64,000 bases of DNA from an uncultured Novosphingobium sp. (GTDB lineage Bacteria > Pseudomonadota > Alphaproteobacteria > Sphingomonadales > Sphingomonadaceae), in assembly GCA_964561375.1 (NCBI GenBank), contig CAZLPK010000002.1, positions 7,106-71,105 of the forward strand. The letters are read 5' to 3'. Positions 20,406-29,879 of this stretch are shown here, piece by piece. Under the pieces are notes generated by a model. It was not told where the DNA came from. It made no database searches and was given only the letters and a program-made list of their open reading frames with translations. Within the stretch, counting starts at the first letter, position 1. The number at the start of each line of letters is the position of its first letter. Position numbers and translations under genes: made by a program.

Positions 20406-21749
20406 ATGAAATTTGCCGACATCGGCCTGTCCGACGAATTGCTCAGCGCGGTCATCGCGAAGGGTTACGATACGCCCACGCCGATTCAGGCCCAGGCGAT
20501 CCCGCAAGTGCTGATGATGCGCGACCTGATCGCCATTGCCCAGACCGGCACGGGCAAGACCGCCAGTTTCGTGCTGCCGATGATCGATATTCTCGCCCAT
20601 GGTCGCCGCCGCGCGATGATGCCGCGCAGCCTGATTCTTGAGCCGACCCGCGAACTGGCGGCTCAGGTGGCGGAAAACTTTGAAGCCTATGGCAAGAATC
20701 ACGACCTGAAGATGGCGCTGCTGATTGGCGGCGTGCAGATGGGCGATCAGGTCAAGGCGCTGAACGAAGGCGTGGACGTGCTGATCGCCACGCCAGGCCG
20801 CCTGATGGACCTGTTTGAGCGGGGCAAGATCCTGCTGACCGGCTGTGACCTGCTGGTCATCGACGAGGCCGACCGGATGCTCGACATGGGCTTTATCCCG
20901 GACATCGAAACAATCTGTTCCAAGCTGCCGGCCAATCGCCAGACCCTGCTGTTCAGTGCGACCATGCCGCCGCCGATCAAGAAGCTGGCCGACAAGTTCC
21001 TCAGCAACCCGAAATATATCGAGGTTGCGCGTCCGGCCTCGAACAATGCCAGCATTGCCCAGCACAAGGTTCCGGTCGCTTCCAGCCGCGTGAAGCGCGA
21101 AGTGCTGCGCCACCTGCTGCGCACCGACGACGTCACGACCGCGATGATCTTCTGCAACCGCAAGAGCACGGTGCGCGAACTGGCGAAGAGCCTGCAGCGC
21201 CATGGCTTTGCGGCTGGGGAAATCCACGGCGACATGGACCAGTCAGCGCGTATCGCGGAACTCGACCGGTTCAAGGACGGCACGATCAACATCCTGTGCT
21301 GCAGCGACGTTGCCGCGCGCGGACTGGACGTGAAGGGCGTGTCCCACGTCTTCAATTTCGATACGCCGTGGCACCCGGACGATTACGTGCACCGGATTGG
21401 CCGCACTGGTCGCGGTGGGGCAACTGGCCGCGCTTTCACGCTGGTTGCACCGGAAGATCAGGAAGCGATCGAGAATGTCGAGAAGCTGACTGGTTCCAAG
21501 GTTCCGGTTTACACGGTCGACCTTGGCAAGGCGGACAAGCCCGAACGCGCTGAGCGCAAGCCCCGCGCAGCCAAGGAACCGCGTGAGGAAAAGGCCGAAA
21601 AGCCGCGTCAGGACCGCCCCAGGCGCGATGGCACCAAGCCGCCCAAGGCAGACACGCGCGGCAAGTCGCGCCGCGAAGAGGAAGAAGTGGACGAACCGGG
21701 CGTATGGAACGGCCCGGTCCCCAGTTTCCTAGGCGTTTCGGCGCTGTAA
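20406..21749 (+). CDS. DEAD/DEAH-box RNA helicase (RhlE-like)
   Basis: PTPIQ, AQTGTGKT, PTRELA, DEADRM, SAT, ARGLD, HRIGRTGR. Confidence 0.96.
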   Translation: MKFADIGLSDELLSAVIAKGYDTPTPIQAQAIPQVLMMRDLIAIAQTGTGKTASFVLPMIDILAHGRRRAMMPRSLILEPTRELAAQVAENFEAYGKNHDLKMALLIGGVQMGDQVKALNEGVDVLIATPGRLMDLFERGKILLTGCDLLVIDEADRMLDMGFIPDIETICSKLPANRQTLLFSATMPPPIKKLADKFLSNPKYIEVARPASNNASIAQHKVPVASSRVKREVLRHLLRTDDVTTAMIFCNRKSTVRELAKSLQRHGFAAGEIHGDMDQSARIAELDRFKDGTINILCCSDVAARGLDVKGVSHVFNFDTPWHPDDYVHRIGRTGRGGATGRAFTLVAPEDQEAIENVEKLTGSKVPVYTVDLGKADKPERAERKPRAAKEPREEKAEKPRQDRPRRDGTKPPKADTRGKSRREEEEVDEPGVWNGPVPSFLGVSAL

Positions 21750-21772
21750 TCAGCTAGTGCCCATGCCAAAGT

Positions 21773-21855
21773 CGTCGTCCCCGGCTCGACCGGGGACCGC
21801 TGGCAGCCGCGCACATCATTACCGGCTGGCGATTCCCGCGTTCGCGGGGCTGACG
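21773..21855. repeat. CGTC-tagged REPIN-like doublet (family C), copy 1
   Basis: CGTCGTCCCCGGCTCGACCGGGGACC-N32-GATTCCCGCGTTCGCGGGGCTGACG. Confidence 0.85.
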
Positions 21856-21890
21856 GGTGAGGCTGGATGCGGGGTGGCGCTTCCGCTCGC

Positions 21891-24164
21891 TTAATCCGCC
21901 AGCTTTACAAAGCTGTCGATCACCCGCTTTGGCCCGGCTGTCTCGAACTCGATTTCCAGCTTGTTGCCTTCCTGCGCGCTGACCGTGCCATAGCCGAACT
22001 TTTCGTGGAACACGCGTGCGCCGACCTCGATGTCCTTGCGCGGCTTGGCGGCAAAGCTGGCGGCGCTGCGGGTCGCTTCGGGCAGGCGGCGCGGCGTTGG
22101 GTCATAGGTTTGCGCGGCGGCGCGTTGCCAGCCGGGGCCGCGGGTATTGCCGCGCGCGACATGGGCAAAGGGATCGCCGTGTTCCGACCACTGCGCCCGC
22201 CACATCGATGCGCCGCCGGACAGGGTGCTTTCCTGCTCGATATGCGCTTCGGGCAGTTCCTCGATAAAGCGGCTGGGGATGGAACTGGTCCACTGGCCAT
22301 AGATGCGCCGGTTGGCAGCATGCAGGATGGTGCAGCGCCGCCGCGCGCGGGTGATCGCGACATAGGCGAGGCGGCGTTCTTCCTCCAGGCTGGCCAGCCC
22401 GCCTTCGTCCATTGCGCGCTGGCTGGGGAACACGCCTTCTTCCCAGCCGGGCAGGAAGACGTGATCGAATTCCAGCCCCTTGGCTGCGTGGATCGTCATG
22501 ATCGTCAGCTTTTCGGTTTCTTCCCTGGCCTCGTTGTCCATGACCAGACTGACGTGTTCCAGAAAGTCACCCAGCGTTTCGTATTCTTCCATCGCGCGGG
22601 CAAGTTCGGCGAGGTTTTCCAGCCGCCCGGCGCTTTCTGGGCTTTTCTCAGCCTGCAGGGCAGCGGTGTAGCCGCTTTCGTCCAGCACGGTGCGGGCCAG
22701 TTCGGCCGGGGTGGTCTGCTTGGCCAGATCGCGCCAGCGGGCGACATCGCGCATCAGCGAGATCAGCGTATTGCGGGCGCGGGCCGGTAGTTCGTCCGTG
22801 TCAGTAATCTCGACTGCGGCCAGGCTGAGCGGCACAGCGCGCGCGCGGGCGTGGCGGTGGAGCTTTTCCAGCGTCTTGTCGCCCAGGCCGCGCTTGGGCG
22901 TATTGTAGATTCGTTCGAACGCCAGGTCGTCGCTCGGCTGCGAGATCAGGCGCAGATAGGCGAGGGCATCGCGGATTTCGGCGCGCTCGTAAAAGCGGAA
23001 GCCGCCGACGATTTTGTAAGGCAGGCCGATCGCGATGAAGCGGTCTTCAAATTCGCGGGTCTGGAACTGGGCGCGGACCAGGATCGCGACAGTCGCCAGC
23101 GAAGCGCCTTCGCGCTCCAGCCGTTCCGCCTCTTCACCGATCCGCCGCGCTTCTTCCGGGCCGTCCCAGACGCCGATGACGCGCACCTTGTCGCCGCCAT
23201 TGCGCTCAGTCCACAGCGTCTTGCCCAGCCGCTGGCTGTTGGCATCGATCAAGCCAGAAGCTGCGGCGAGAATGTCCGGAGTGGAGCGATAGTTCTGCTC
23301 CAGCTTGATCACCTTCGCGCCGAGAAAATCCTTTTCAAACCGCAGGATATTCGCAACTTCCGCGCCGCGCCATGAATAGATCGACTGATCATCATCACCC
23401 ACCACGCAGATGTTCTTGCGCGCCTGGGCGAGCAGGCGCAGCCACAGGTACTGGACCTGATTGGTGTCCTGATATTCGTCGACCATGATATATTTGAAGC
23501 GCTGCTGGTACTGCTCCAGAATCTCGCGATTGGTCCGCAGGATGTTCAGCATGTGCAGCAGCAGATCGCCGAAATCGCAGGCATTCAGCGCCTTCAGCCG
23601 GGCCTGATAGAGCCGATAGAATTTCTGCCCCTGACCATTGGCATAGGCCTCGCTGTCCGCCGCCGAAAGGTCGGCAGGGGTAAGGCCCTTGTTCTTCCAG
23701 CGGTCAATGCAGCTGGCCAGTTGCCGCGCGGGCCAGCGTTTTTCGTCCAGCCCCTCGGCCTGGATCAGCTGCTTCAGCACGCGCAGTTGATCGTCGGTAT
23801 CGATGATCGTGTAATTGCTTTGCAGTCCGGCCAGTTCGGCATGGCGGCGCAGCATCTTGGCGGCAATCGCGTGGAACGTGCCGAGCCATGGCATTCCTTC
23901 CACCGCCGGGCCGACCAGATGGCCAACGCGTTCCTTCATTTCGCGCGCGGCCTTGTTGGTGAAGGTCACGCATAGAATCTCGCTGGGCCAGGCCAGACGG
24001 CTGCGGACGATATTGGCCAGCCGCGCGGTGAGGGCCGCCGTCTTGCCGGTACCGGCGCCTGCCAGCATCAGCACGGGGCCTTCGGTCGTCAGCACGGCTT
24101 CGCGCTGCGGCGCGTTCAGCCCGCCAAGCAGCGGGTCGGGTCGGGAGTCAGTGGGGAGTTGCAC
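21891..24164 (-). CDS. uvrD: ATP-dependent DNA helicase UvrD/PcrA
   Basis: LAGAGTGKT, TFTNKAAREM, VDEYQDTN, VGDDDQSIY, LEQNYRST, TIHAAKGLEF, EERRLAYVAITRA; GTG start chosen downstream of the LexA box. Confidence 0.93.
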   Translation of the reverse strand: MQLPTDSRPDPLLGGLNAPQREAVLTTEGPVLMLAGAGTGKTAALTARLANIVRSRLAWPSEILCVTFTNKAAREMKERVGHLVGPAVEGMPWLGTFHAIAAKMLRRHAELAGLQSNYTIIDTDDQLRVLKQLIQAEGLDEKRWPARQLASCIDRWKNKGLTPADLSAADSEAYANGQGQKFYRLYQARLKALNACDFGDLLLHMLNILRTNREILEQYQQRFKYIMVDEYQDTNQVQYLWLRLLAQARKNICVVGDDDQSIYSWRGAEVANILRFEKDFLGAKVIKLEQNYRSTPDILAAASGLIDANSQRLGKTLWTERNGGDKVRVIGVWDGPEEARRIGEEAERLEREGASLATVAILVRAQFQTREFEDRFIAIGLPYKIVGGFRFYERAEIRDALAYLRLISQPSDDLAFERIYNTPKRGLGDKTLEKLHRHARARAVPLSLAAVEITDTDELPARARNTLISLMRDVARWRDLAKQTTPAELARTVLDESGYTAALQAEKSPESAGRLENLAELARAMEEYETLGDFLEHVSLVMDNEAREETEKLTIMTIHAAKGLEFDHVFLPGWEEGVFPSQRAMDEGGLASLEEERRLAYVAITRARRRCTILHAANRRIYGQWTSSIPSRFIEELPEAHIEQESTLSGGASMWRAQWSEHGDPFAHVARGNTRGPGWQRAAAQTYDPTPRRLPEATRSAASFAAKPRKDIEVGARVFHEKFGYGTVSAQEGNKLEIEFETAGPKRVIDSFVKLAD

Positions 24165-24168
24165 CGGC

Positions 24169-24183
24169 GAACAACTAGGGAAC
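24169..24183 (-). promoter_or_regulatory. LexA (SOS) box upstream of uvrD
   Basis: Minus strand GTTC-CCTAGTT-GTTC, a perfect GTTC-N7-GTTC. Confidence 0.8.
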
Positions 24184-24277
24184 ATCGCTAATCGACGCAA
24201 GTGCCGCGGGCGGTTCGGCCCGCTGCTGCGCCCTTTTCGTTTGACTTGACGACCTTACGTCGCAACCAGATGCGTCC

Positions 24278-25543
24278 ATGCATCCGGTTCGCCAACACGC
24301 CCGCATCCTTACTGCCTCGCTGACCGGCACGGCGGTGGAATTCTATGATTTCTACATCTACGCCACGGCGGCGGCGCTGGTCTTTGGTCCGCTGTTCTTC
24401 CCTGCGGAGAGCGCGACGGCGCAGACCATGTTTGCCTTCATGAGTTTTGGCCTGGCCTTCTTTGCCCGGCCGGTGGGGGCCATTGTCTTTGGCCACTACG
24501 GGGACCGGATCGGGCGCAAGTCCACACTGGTCGCTTCGCTGATGCTGATGGGCCTGTCGACCCTGCTGATCGCTTTCCTGCCGACCTATGCGATGGTCGG
24601 CTGGGTCGCGCCGCTGCTGCTTTGCATCCTGCGCTTTGGTCAGGGTTTCGGCCTCGGCGGAGAGTGGGGCGGGGCCTCGCTGCTGGCGGTGGAATATGCG
24701 CCAAAGGGATGGGAGGCGCGGTTCGGTTCGGCCCCCCAATTCGGCGCGCCGGTCGGTTTTCTAGCCGCCAATGGGCTGTTCTTGATACTTGGCCTGTTCC
24801 TGTCCGATGCGGACTTCAAGGCGTGGGGCTGGCGCATTCCGTTTCTGGCCAGCGCAGTGCTGGTCGGCCTGGGCCTTTGGGTTCGCTTGCGGATTGCCGA
24901 AACTCCGGCCTTCCAGGAGGCGCTGAACCGCAAGGCGCCGCCTGCGGTGCCGGTTGCGATCCTGTTCAAGCGTCACCTTGGCGCGGTGCTGGCGGGGACG
25001 GCCGGGGCAGTTGCCTGCTTTGCGATCTTCTATCTCTCGACCGCCTATGCGCTGGCCCAGGGGACGACTGCACTGGGTTACTCGCGCGAGACGTTCCTGG
25101 CGGTCCAGCTGGGAGCCAACTGCTTCTTTGCGCTTGGCATCCTGATTGCCGTGATCCGTGCCGATCAGACCAGCCCGCGCGCGGTGATGCTGCTGGGCGG
25201 GGTGATGACGATCGTGCTGGGCGCGGTCTTTGGCGCGGGGCTGACTTCCGGTTCGCTGCTGGTGATCTTTGTCACCCTGTCGGTCGCGCTGATGGTGATG
25301 GGCTTTGTCTATGGCCCGCTCGGTTCGTGGCTGCCGGAACTGTTTCCGGTGACGGTGCGCTACAGCGGGATTTCGCTGGCCTTCAACGTCGGCGGGATCG
25401 TGGGCGGGGCGCTGACCCCGATTGGCGCGCAGAAGATGGCCGAGATGGGGCAGGCCGGACAGGTTGGCCTGCTGCTCTCGCTGGCCGGTGTGGCCACTCT
25501 GATCGGAGTGTTGCTGGCTAAGCCAGCTGCCGCAGAAGGGTAA
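24278..25543 (+). CDS. MFS transporter, metabolite:H+ symporter (MHS) family
   Basis: GTAVEFYDFYIY, GDRIGRK, GQGFGLGGEWGGA, WGWRIPFL, PELFP..VRYSG. Confidence 0.92.
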   Translation: MHPVRQHARILTASLTGTAVEFYDFYIYATAAALVFGPLFFPAESATAQTMFAFMSFGLAFFARPVGAIVFGHYGDRIGRKSTLVASLMLMGLSTLLIAFLPTYAMVGWVAPLLLCILRFGQGFGLGGEWGGASLLAVEYAPKGWEARFGSAPQFGAPVGFLAANGLFLILGLFLSDADFKAWGWRIPFLASAVLVGLGLWVRLRIAETPAFQEALNRKAPPAVPVAILFKRHLGAVLAGTAGAVACFAIFYLSTAYALAQGTTALGYSRETFLAVQLGANCFFALGILIAVIRADQTSPRAVMLLGGVMTIVLGAVFGAGLTSGSLLVIFVTLSVALMVMGFVYGPLGSWLPELFPVTVRYSGISLAFNVGGIVGGALTPIGAQKMAEMGQAGQVGLLLSLAGVATLIGVLLAKPAAAEG

Positions 25544-26069
25544 GGCGTGCCTTGCCGACCTTGCGGTCGGCGACGGCTTCCAGACCCTTGACCTTGGGTT
25601 CCTCGTCAACGGCGGTTTCCAGGCTGATCCAGGTGGCTTCACCGATCCAGCCAAGCCGTTGCAGCTTGTCCAGCGCCACCGCGCCAGCCCCGGAATTGTA
25701 GGGCGGATCGAGCAGGATCAGATCGAGCGGAGCCTTGGCTGGCCCAAGCGCCAGTACCGAAGAGGCGCGCACGTCGCATTGCGGGGCAGCGCGCAGGTTG
25801 GCGATATTGGCCCGCAGAGCGCGCAAGGCTGCGGCGTCCTGCTCGACGAAAATGCACGAGGCTGCACCGCGTGACAGGGCCTCAAGCCCCAGCGCGCCGG
25901 ACCCGGCAAACAGGTCGGCCACGGCCAGTCCGTCAAAGTCGCCGATGCGGCTGACTAGCATCGAAAACAGGGTTTCGCGGGTCCGGTCGGCAGTCGGACG
26001 GGTGGTATCGCCAGCGGGGGCCTGCAATTTGCGCCCGCGCCATTCCCCGGCAATGATCCGCAGGCTCAC
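25518..26069 (-). CDS. rsmD: 16S rRNA m2G966 methyltransferase RsmD
   Basis: RIIAGEWRGRKL, RPTADRTRETLF, DLFAGSGALGLEALSRGA, DPPY; GTGA overlap with the upstream gene. Confidence 0.93.
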   Translation of the reverse strand: MSLRIIAGEWRGRKLQAPAGDTTRPTADRTRETLFSMLVSRIGDFDGLAVADLFAGSGALGLEALSRGAASCIFVEQDAAALRALRANIANLRAAPQCDVRASSVLALGPAKAPLDLILLDPPYNSGAGAVALDKLQRLGWIGEATWISLETAVDEEPKVKGLEAVADRKVGKARLTLLRQLA

Positions 26070-27094
26070 TTGCGCGGACCCGGCTTGCGCGGACCAGAAC
26101 CACGCGGACCGGAGCCACGCGGTGCGGGCTTGCCGGGAGCAGTGCCACGGGGGCCTGTACCACGCGGCGCAGGCTTGCCCGGAGCAGAGCCACGGGGATC
26201 TGCACCACGCGGCGCGGGGCGGGCAGTGGCGCGCTTCGGAGCGGCGCCATCGCGCGGCGCATCGCTGCGGCGCGGGCCAGAGCGGGCAATGCGGGCGCGG
26301 GCCTGCTGCGGCGCGCTCAGCTGCACATCGGTGCCGGTGCCGCCGATCAGGGCGCGGCGGAAGCGTTCGACTTCGACCTGGCGAATCTCGACCGCCTGAC
26401 CGCGCGGCAGGTCCAGCAATTCGAACGGACCATAGGCCGTGCGGAGCAGGCGGCTGACTTCCAGCCCGAGGTGTTCCAGTACGCGGCGGACTTCGCGGTT
26501 CTTGCCCTCGGTAATCTTCACTTCGATCCACTGGTTGCGACCGGTGCTGCGCTCGAGGTTGGCATCGATCCGGCCATAGCGAACGCCGTCGATCTCGACG
26601 CCTTCGATCAGGTCTTCCAGTTGTGCCTGGGTAATGTCGCCAAAGGTGCGGGCGCGGTAGGTGCGCGGCAGGCCAGTTGCGGGCAGTTCCATCGCGCGCT
26701 TCAATTCGCCGTCGTTGGTCAGCAGCAGCAGGCCTTCGGTGTTGAAGTCCAGTCGGCCAATCGGCATGACCCGGCCCGCATCCTTGGGCAGGGCATTGCG
26801 CAGCGCAGTGTAGATCGTCGGGCGGCCAGCGGGATCGCGCTCGGCAGTGATCAGGCCGGCGGGCTTGTGGAACACGAAGATACGGGTCGGCTCGGCAGCT
26901 TTCACCGGCTTGCCGTCTACCGTCACGCCCTTCAGGTTTTTCAGCACGGTTGCGGGAGTGGTCAGCACTTCGTCGTTCAGCTTGACCCGCCCTTCGGCGA
27001 TCATTCGCTCAACCTCGCGGCGGCTGGCGATCCCGGCGCGGGCAAGCAATTTGGCGATGCGTTCGCCTTCGCGAGGCTGTTCGGGAGAATTCAT
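26066..27094 (-). CDS. rluB: Pseudouridine synthase (RluB-like) with repetitive PRG-rich tail
   Basis: S4 domain RIAKLLARAGIASRRE, GRLDFNTEGLLLLTNDG, EGKNREVRR. Confidence 0.85.
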   Translation of the reverse strand: MNSPEQPREGERIAKLLARAGIASRREVERMIAEGRVKLNDEVLTTPATVLKNLKGVTVDGKPVKAAEPTRIFVFHKPAGLITAERDPAGRPTIYTALRNALPKDAGRVMPIGRLDFNTEGLLLLTNDGELKRAMELPATGLPRTYRARTFGDITQAQLEDLIEGVEIDGVRYGRIDANLERSTGRNQWIEVKITEGKNREVRRVLEHLGLEVSRLLRTAYGPFELLDLPRGQAVEIRQVEVERFRRALIGGTGTDVQLSAPQQARARIARSGPRRSDAPRDGAAPKRATARPAPRGADPRGSAPGKPAPRGTGPRGTAPGKPAPRGSGPRGSGPRKPGPRK

Positions 27095-27134
27095 CGCTCG
27101 CCCTTAGCCGCAGATGGCAGTTTGTGGAAGCTTC

Positions 27135-27218
27135 CGTCGTCCCCGACTTGATCGGGGACCGCTTGCAGGCACCTGCGCACCTTTGCCGCGAGCGATCCCC
27201 GCTTGCGCAGGGATAACG
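27135..27218. repeat. CGTC-tagged REPIN-like doublet (family C), copy 2
   Basis: CGTCGTCCCCGACTTGATCGGGGACC-N33-GATCCCCGCTTGCGCAGGGATAACG. Confidence 0.85.
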
Positions 27219-27221
27219 GGG

Positions 27222-28397
27222 TTAGAGGGCCATTTGCTCGGCGATAATCTCGTGCAAACGGCGAATCCCACTTTCCAGCGTGCCCAGCGTCAGGTGCGGG
27301 ACCGCCCCGGTTTCCAGCCCTTGCTGGCCCAGGGCTGCCGCGCGGAAGTCCTCTCCGGCAAAGACTCCACCGTCGAGCAGCTTCCACGAGCGTTCCCAGT
27401 GATCGCGGGCCTTGTCGCTCTTTGGCTCTTCCGGGATCAGCATGAAATCTTCGACCAGGGTGCGGTTATGCGCCTGCGGCCATAGCGTCATGATGTTGAT
27501 GTAGTCCGGGCTGATCACCAGCACGGTTGCCGGGAACAGCTGATAGGCAAAGGTGCCGATCCGGCGCAGCTTGGCCATGTCGGTAAAGTCCACCCCGTCC
27601 AGTTCTTCGGCGCGGCAGACCAGACTGCGCTGGTGCGGGCCGATCTGATCGCCGCTGCTCACGCCATCCTTGAAGAACGGACCGATGGTTGCCGCATGGA
27701 GCCGGGCGACGTGGTAGCTTTCCAGAAAAGCATCCATGATCAGCTTCCAGTTGGAAGCGACTTCGTGGGTCTTGCGGCGGAACAGGTGGAGATCGCGCAT
27801 CGCGAAGGCATCGAAATCCGCGCCCAGTGTGATTACGTCGCTGAAATCGGCTCCGCCTTGCGGTGCGTACCAGATCAGCCCGCCCGTTTCGCAGCTTTCC
27901 AGTTCGACCAGCCCATAGTCGGCCTTGTCCAGTCCGGGGAAAGTATCCGGGCGGGGCAGGGCGAGCAGGCGGCCATCGGTGGCGAAGGTCCAGGCGTGAT
28001 AGGGACAGGTCATCCGCTTGGAGCACTGCACCTCGCTCCCCTCGATCAGGCGGGTGCCGCGGTGGCGGCAGACGTTGAGGAACACGTGCGCCTTGCCCTC
28101 GCCGTCGCGGGTGATGAGCAGCGGCTTGCCGGTCGCGTCGTGCGGCACTGCCATGTTCGGTTCGGGCAAGAGCGCCGAGGGGCAGAGGACCTGCGGCAGG
28201 CGCGAGAACAGGCGGTCCCTTTCCCGCTGCCAGTGCGCCGGATCGGTATAGACGGCGGCGGGAACGGTCGCGATAGCCTGTTGGGTGCGGGTGCAGCCAT
28301 CGGCGATGGCCTGAGCAAGGGCAAGCTGGCCTTCGGTCGGGCGAGTGCCCGGCAAGGCGCCGGGAACGGTGGAAGTCCTCTCCATGGGGCTGGTCAT
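27222..28397 (-). CDS. Rieske non-heme iron oxygenase, alpha subunit
   Basis: CRHRG...CPYHAW Rieske ligands; NWKLIMDAFLESYHVARLH iron motif; start may be 28397 or 28385. Confidence 0.9.
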   Translation of the reverse strand: MTSPMERTSTVPGALPGTRPTEGQLALAQAIADGCTRTQQAIATVPAAVYTDPAHWQRERDRLFSRLPQVLCPSALLPEPNMAVPHDATGKPLLITRDGEGKAHVFLNVCRHRGTRLIEGSEVQCSKRMTCPYHAWTFATDGRLLALPRPDTFPGLDKADYGLVELESCETGGLIWYAPQGGADFSDVITLGADFDAFAMRDLHLFRRKTHEVASNWKLIMDAFLESYHVARLHAATIGPFFKDGVSSGDQIGPHQRSLVCRAEELDGVDFTDMAKLRRIGTFAYQLFPATVLVISPDYINIMTLWPQAHNRTLVEDFMLIPEEPKSDKARDHWERSWKLLDGGVFAGEDFRAAALGQQGLETGAVPHLTLGTLESGIRRLHEIIAEQMAL

Positions 28398-28445
28398 AAC
28401 GCATTTCGGCGCTAGGTTCGCGCCAATTTTGGAGGAAGGGGCCTG

Positions 28446-29840
28446 ATGTCGGTCGATCTGGTGCGTTTTGTGATTTTTGCCGGAGTGCTGGTTGCGCTTG
28501 GCCTGCTGGCAACGCGGGTGCAGCTGTTCCGGCCCTATCTCCGCAAGAACCCGATGATTACCTTCCTGCTGGGCATTTCCAGCGGCTTTCCGCTGACGCT
28601 GCTGGTTGCGACGATGACCTTCTGGTTGGCCAAAGTGGGGATCGATACCGCCACCATTGGTTTCGCGGTGGCGCTGGGCACGCCATATACGATCAAGTTC
28701 CTGTGGGCGCCGCTGGTCGACAAGCTGCCGCTGCCGTTCCTCACCCGCGTTTTTGGCCAGCGGCGCGGCTGGCTGTTCTTCATTCAGGCGCTGTTGTTTG
28801 TCTCGATCTGGCAATTGGGGGCCAGCGATCCGCAGACCGGGCAGATGGGGCCGTTCGTGTTCTGGGCGATCGTCACCGCGTTCCTTTCGGCCACGCAGGA
28901 CATCGTGATCGACGCCTACCGAATCGAGATTCTGGACGATGATGAATTTGCCCACGGCACGGCAACCAACCAGTTCGGCTATCGCACCGGCAACCTGATT
29001 GCGGGTGCAGGGACGGTCTATCTTGCCTCAACCGAAGGGCTGGGGCTGGGCTGGGCCATGGGCTACGGCCTGACCGCATTTTGCATCATTCCGGCGATCA
29101 TCGGCGCGATCTGGGCCGGGCCGGGCCGCTTTGTCGATCGGTTCGCCAATGCCAGCGGCATGACTGCGGGGCAGTGGCTGACGGAAACGGTGTTCAACCC
29201 GTTCCGCGAATTTCTGGGCCGCCACGGCGCCTTCCTGATCCTTGGCTTCGTCCTGATCTACAAGGTGGGCGATGCGATGGGGCAGACCATGCTGGGGCCG
29301 ATGATCGTCGATCTGGGCTTTGCCGATCTGGACTATGTTTCGGCCAACAAGCTGTGGGGCTTTGCCGCGCTGATTGTCGGTTCCGCGCTTGGCGCACCGT
29401 TCATCCTGTGGCTGGGCATGGGCCGCGCGCTGCTGTTTTCCGGCTTGCTGATGATGTTCTCGAACGTGATGTTCATGGCCCTGGCGCTAAGCGGCAACAA
29501 TTACTGGATGCTGGTGCTGGCCATTGTGACCGAGAACCTGACCAGCGGTATCGGCCTGACGGTCTTCACCACCTACCTCTCTGGCCTGTCGAGCCTGGCC
29601 TATACGGCCACGCAGTTCGCCCTGCTGTCTTCATTCGCGGCATTCGGGCGGACCTGGCTCGCCTCGCCTGCGGGCGTAGTGGCGGAAAAGCTGGGCTGGG
29701 TCGGCTTCTGGGGCTTTACCGTCGCAGCGGCGCTTCCGGGCATGTTCCTGCTGTGGCTGCTGTGGAACAAGGGCTATCTGGTCCAGTCCGTCCGCCAGAC
29801 CAGCACCGAGGATGACGGGCCAGAGGCATCGAAAACCTGA
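28446..29840 (+). CDS. ampG: AmpG-family muropeptide MFS permease
   Basis: LGISSGFP, KFLWAPLVD, GQRRGW, SATQDIVIDAYRIE, YTATQFALLSS. Confidence 0.88.
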   Translation: MSVDLVRFVIFAGVLVALGLLATRVQLFRPYLRKNPMITFLLGISSGFPLTLLVATMTFWLAKVGIDTATIGFAVALGTPYTIKFLWAPLVDKLPLPFLTRVFGQRRGWLFFIQALLFVSIWQLGASDPQTGQMGPFVFWAIVTAFLSATQDIVIDAYRIEILDDDEFAHGTATNQFGYRTGNLIAGAGTVYLASTEGLGLGWAMGYGLTAFCIIPAIIGAIWAGPGRFVDRFANASGMTAGQWLTETVFNPFREFLGRHGAFLILGFVLIYKVGDAMGQTMLGPMIVDLGFADLDYVSANKLWGFAALIVGSALGAPFILWLGMGRALLFSGLLMMFSNVMFMALALSGNNYWMLVLAIVTENLTSGIGLTVFTTYLSGLSSLAYTATQFALLSSFAAFGRTWLASPAGVVAEKLGWVGFWGFTVAAALPGMFLLWLLWNKGYLVQSVRQTSTEDDGPEASKT

Positions 29841-29842
29841 CG

Positions 29843-29869
29843 TTCGTCGCTGCGCTCCTCGCAATGACG
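29843..29869. repeat. Single partial family-B palindromic repeat between convergent ampG and folC
   Basis: TTCGTCGCTGCGCTCCTCGCAATGACG, nearly the reverse complement of 48408-48434. Confidence 0.75.
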
Positions 29870-29879
29870 AAGGAATGAT

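Noticed and set aside
25518-26531. 337-aa extended RsmD and 577-aa extended Rieske protein from the ORF track
   Set aside because: The extensions overlap rluB and ampG respectively; family homology begins at 26069 and about 28397.
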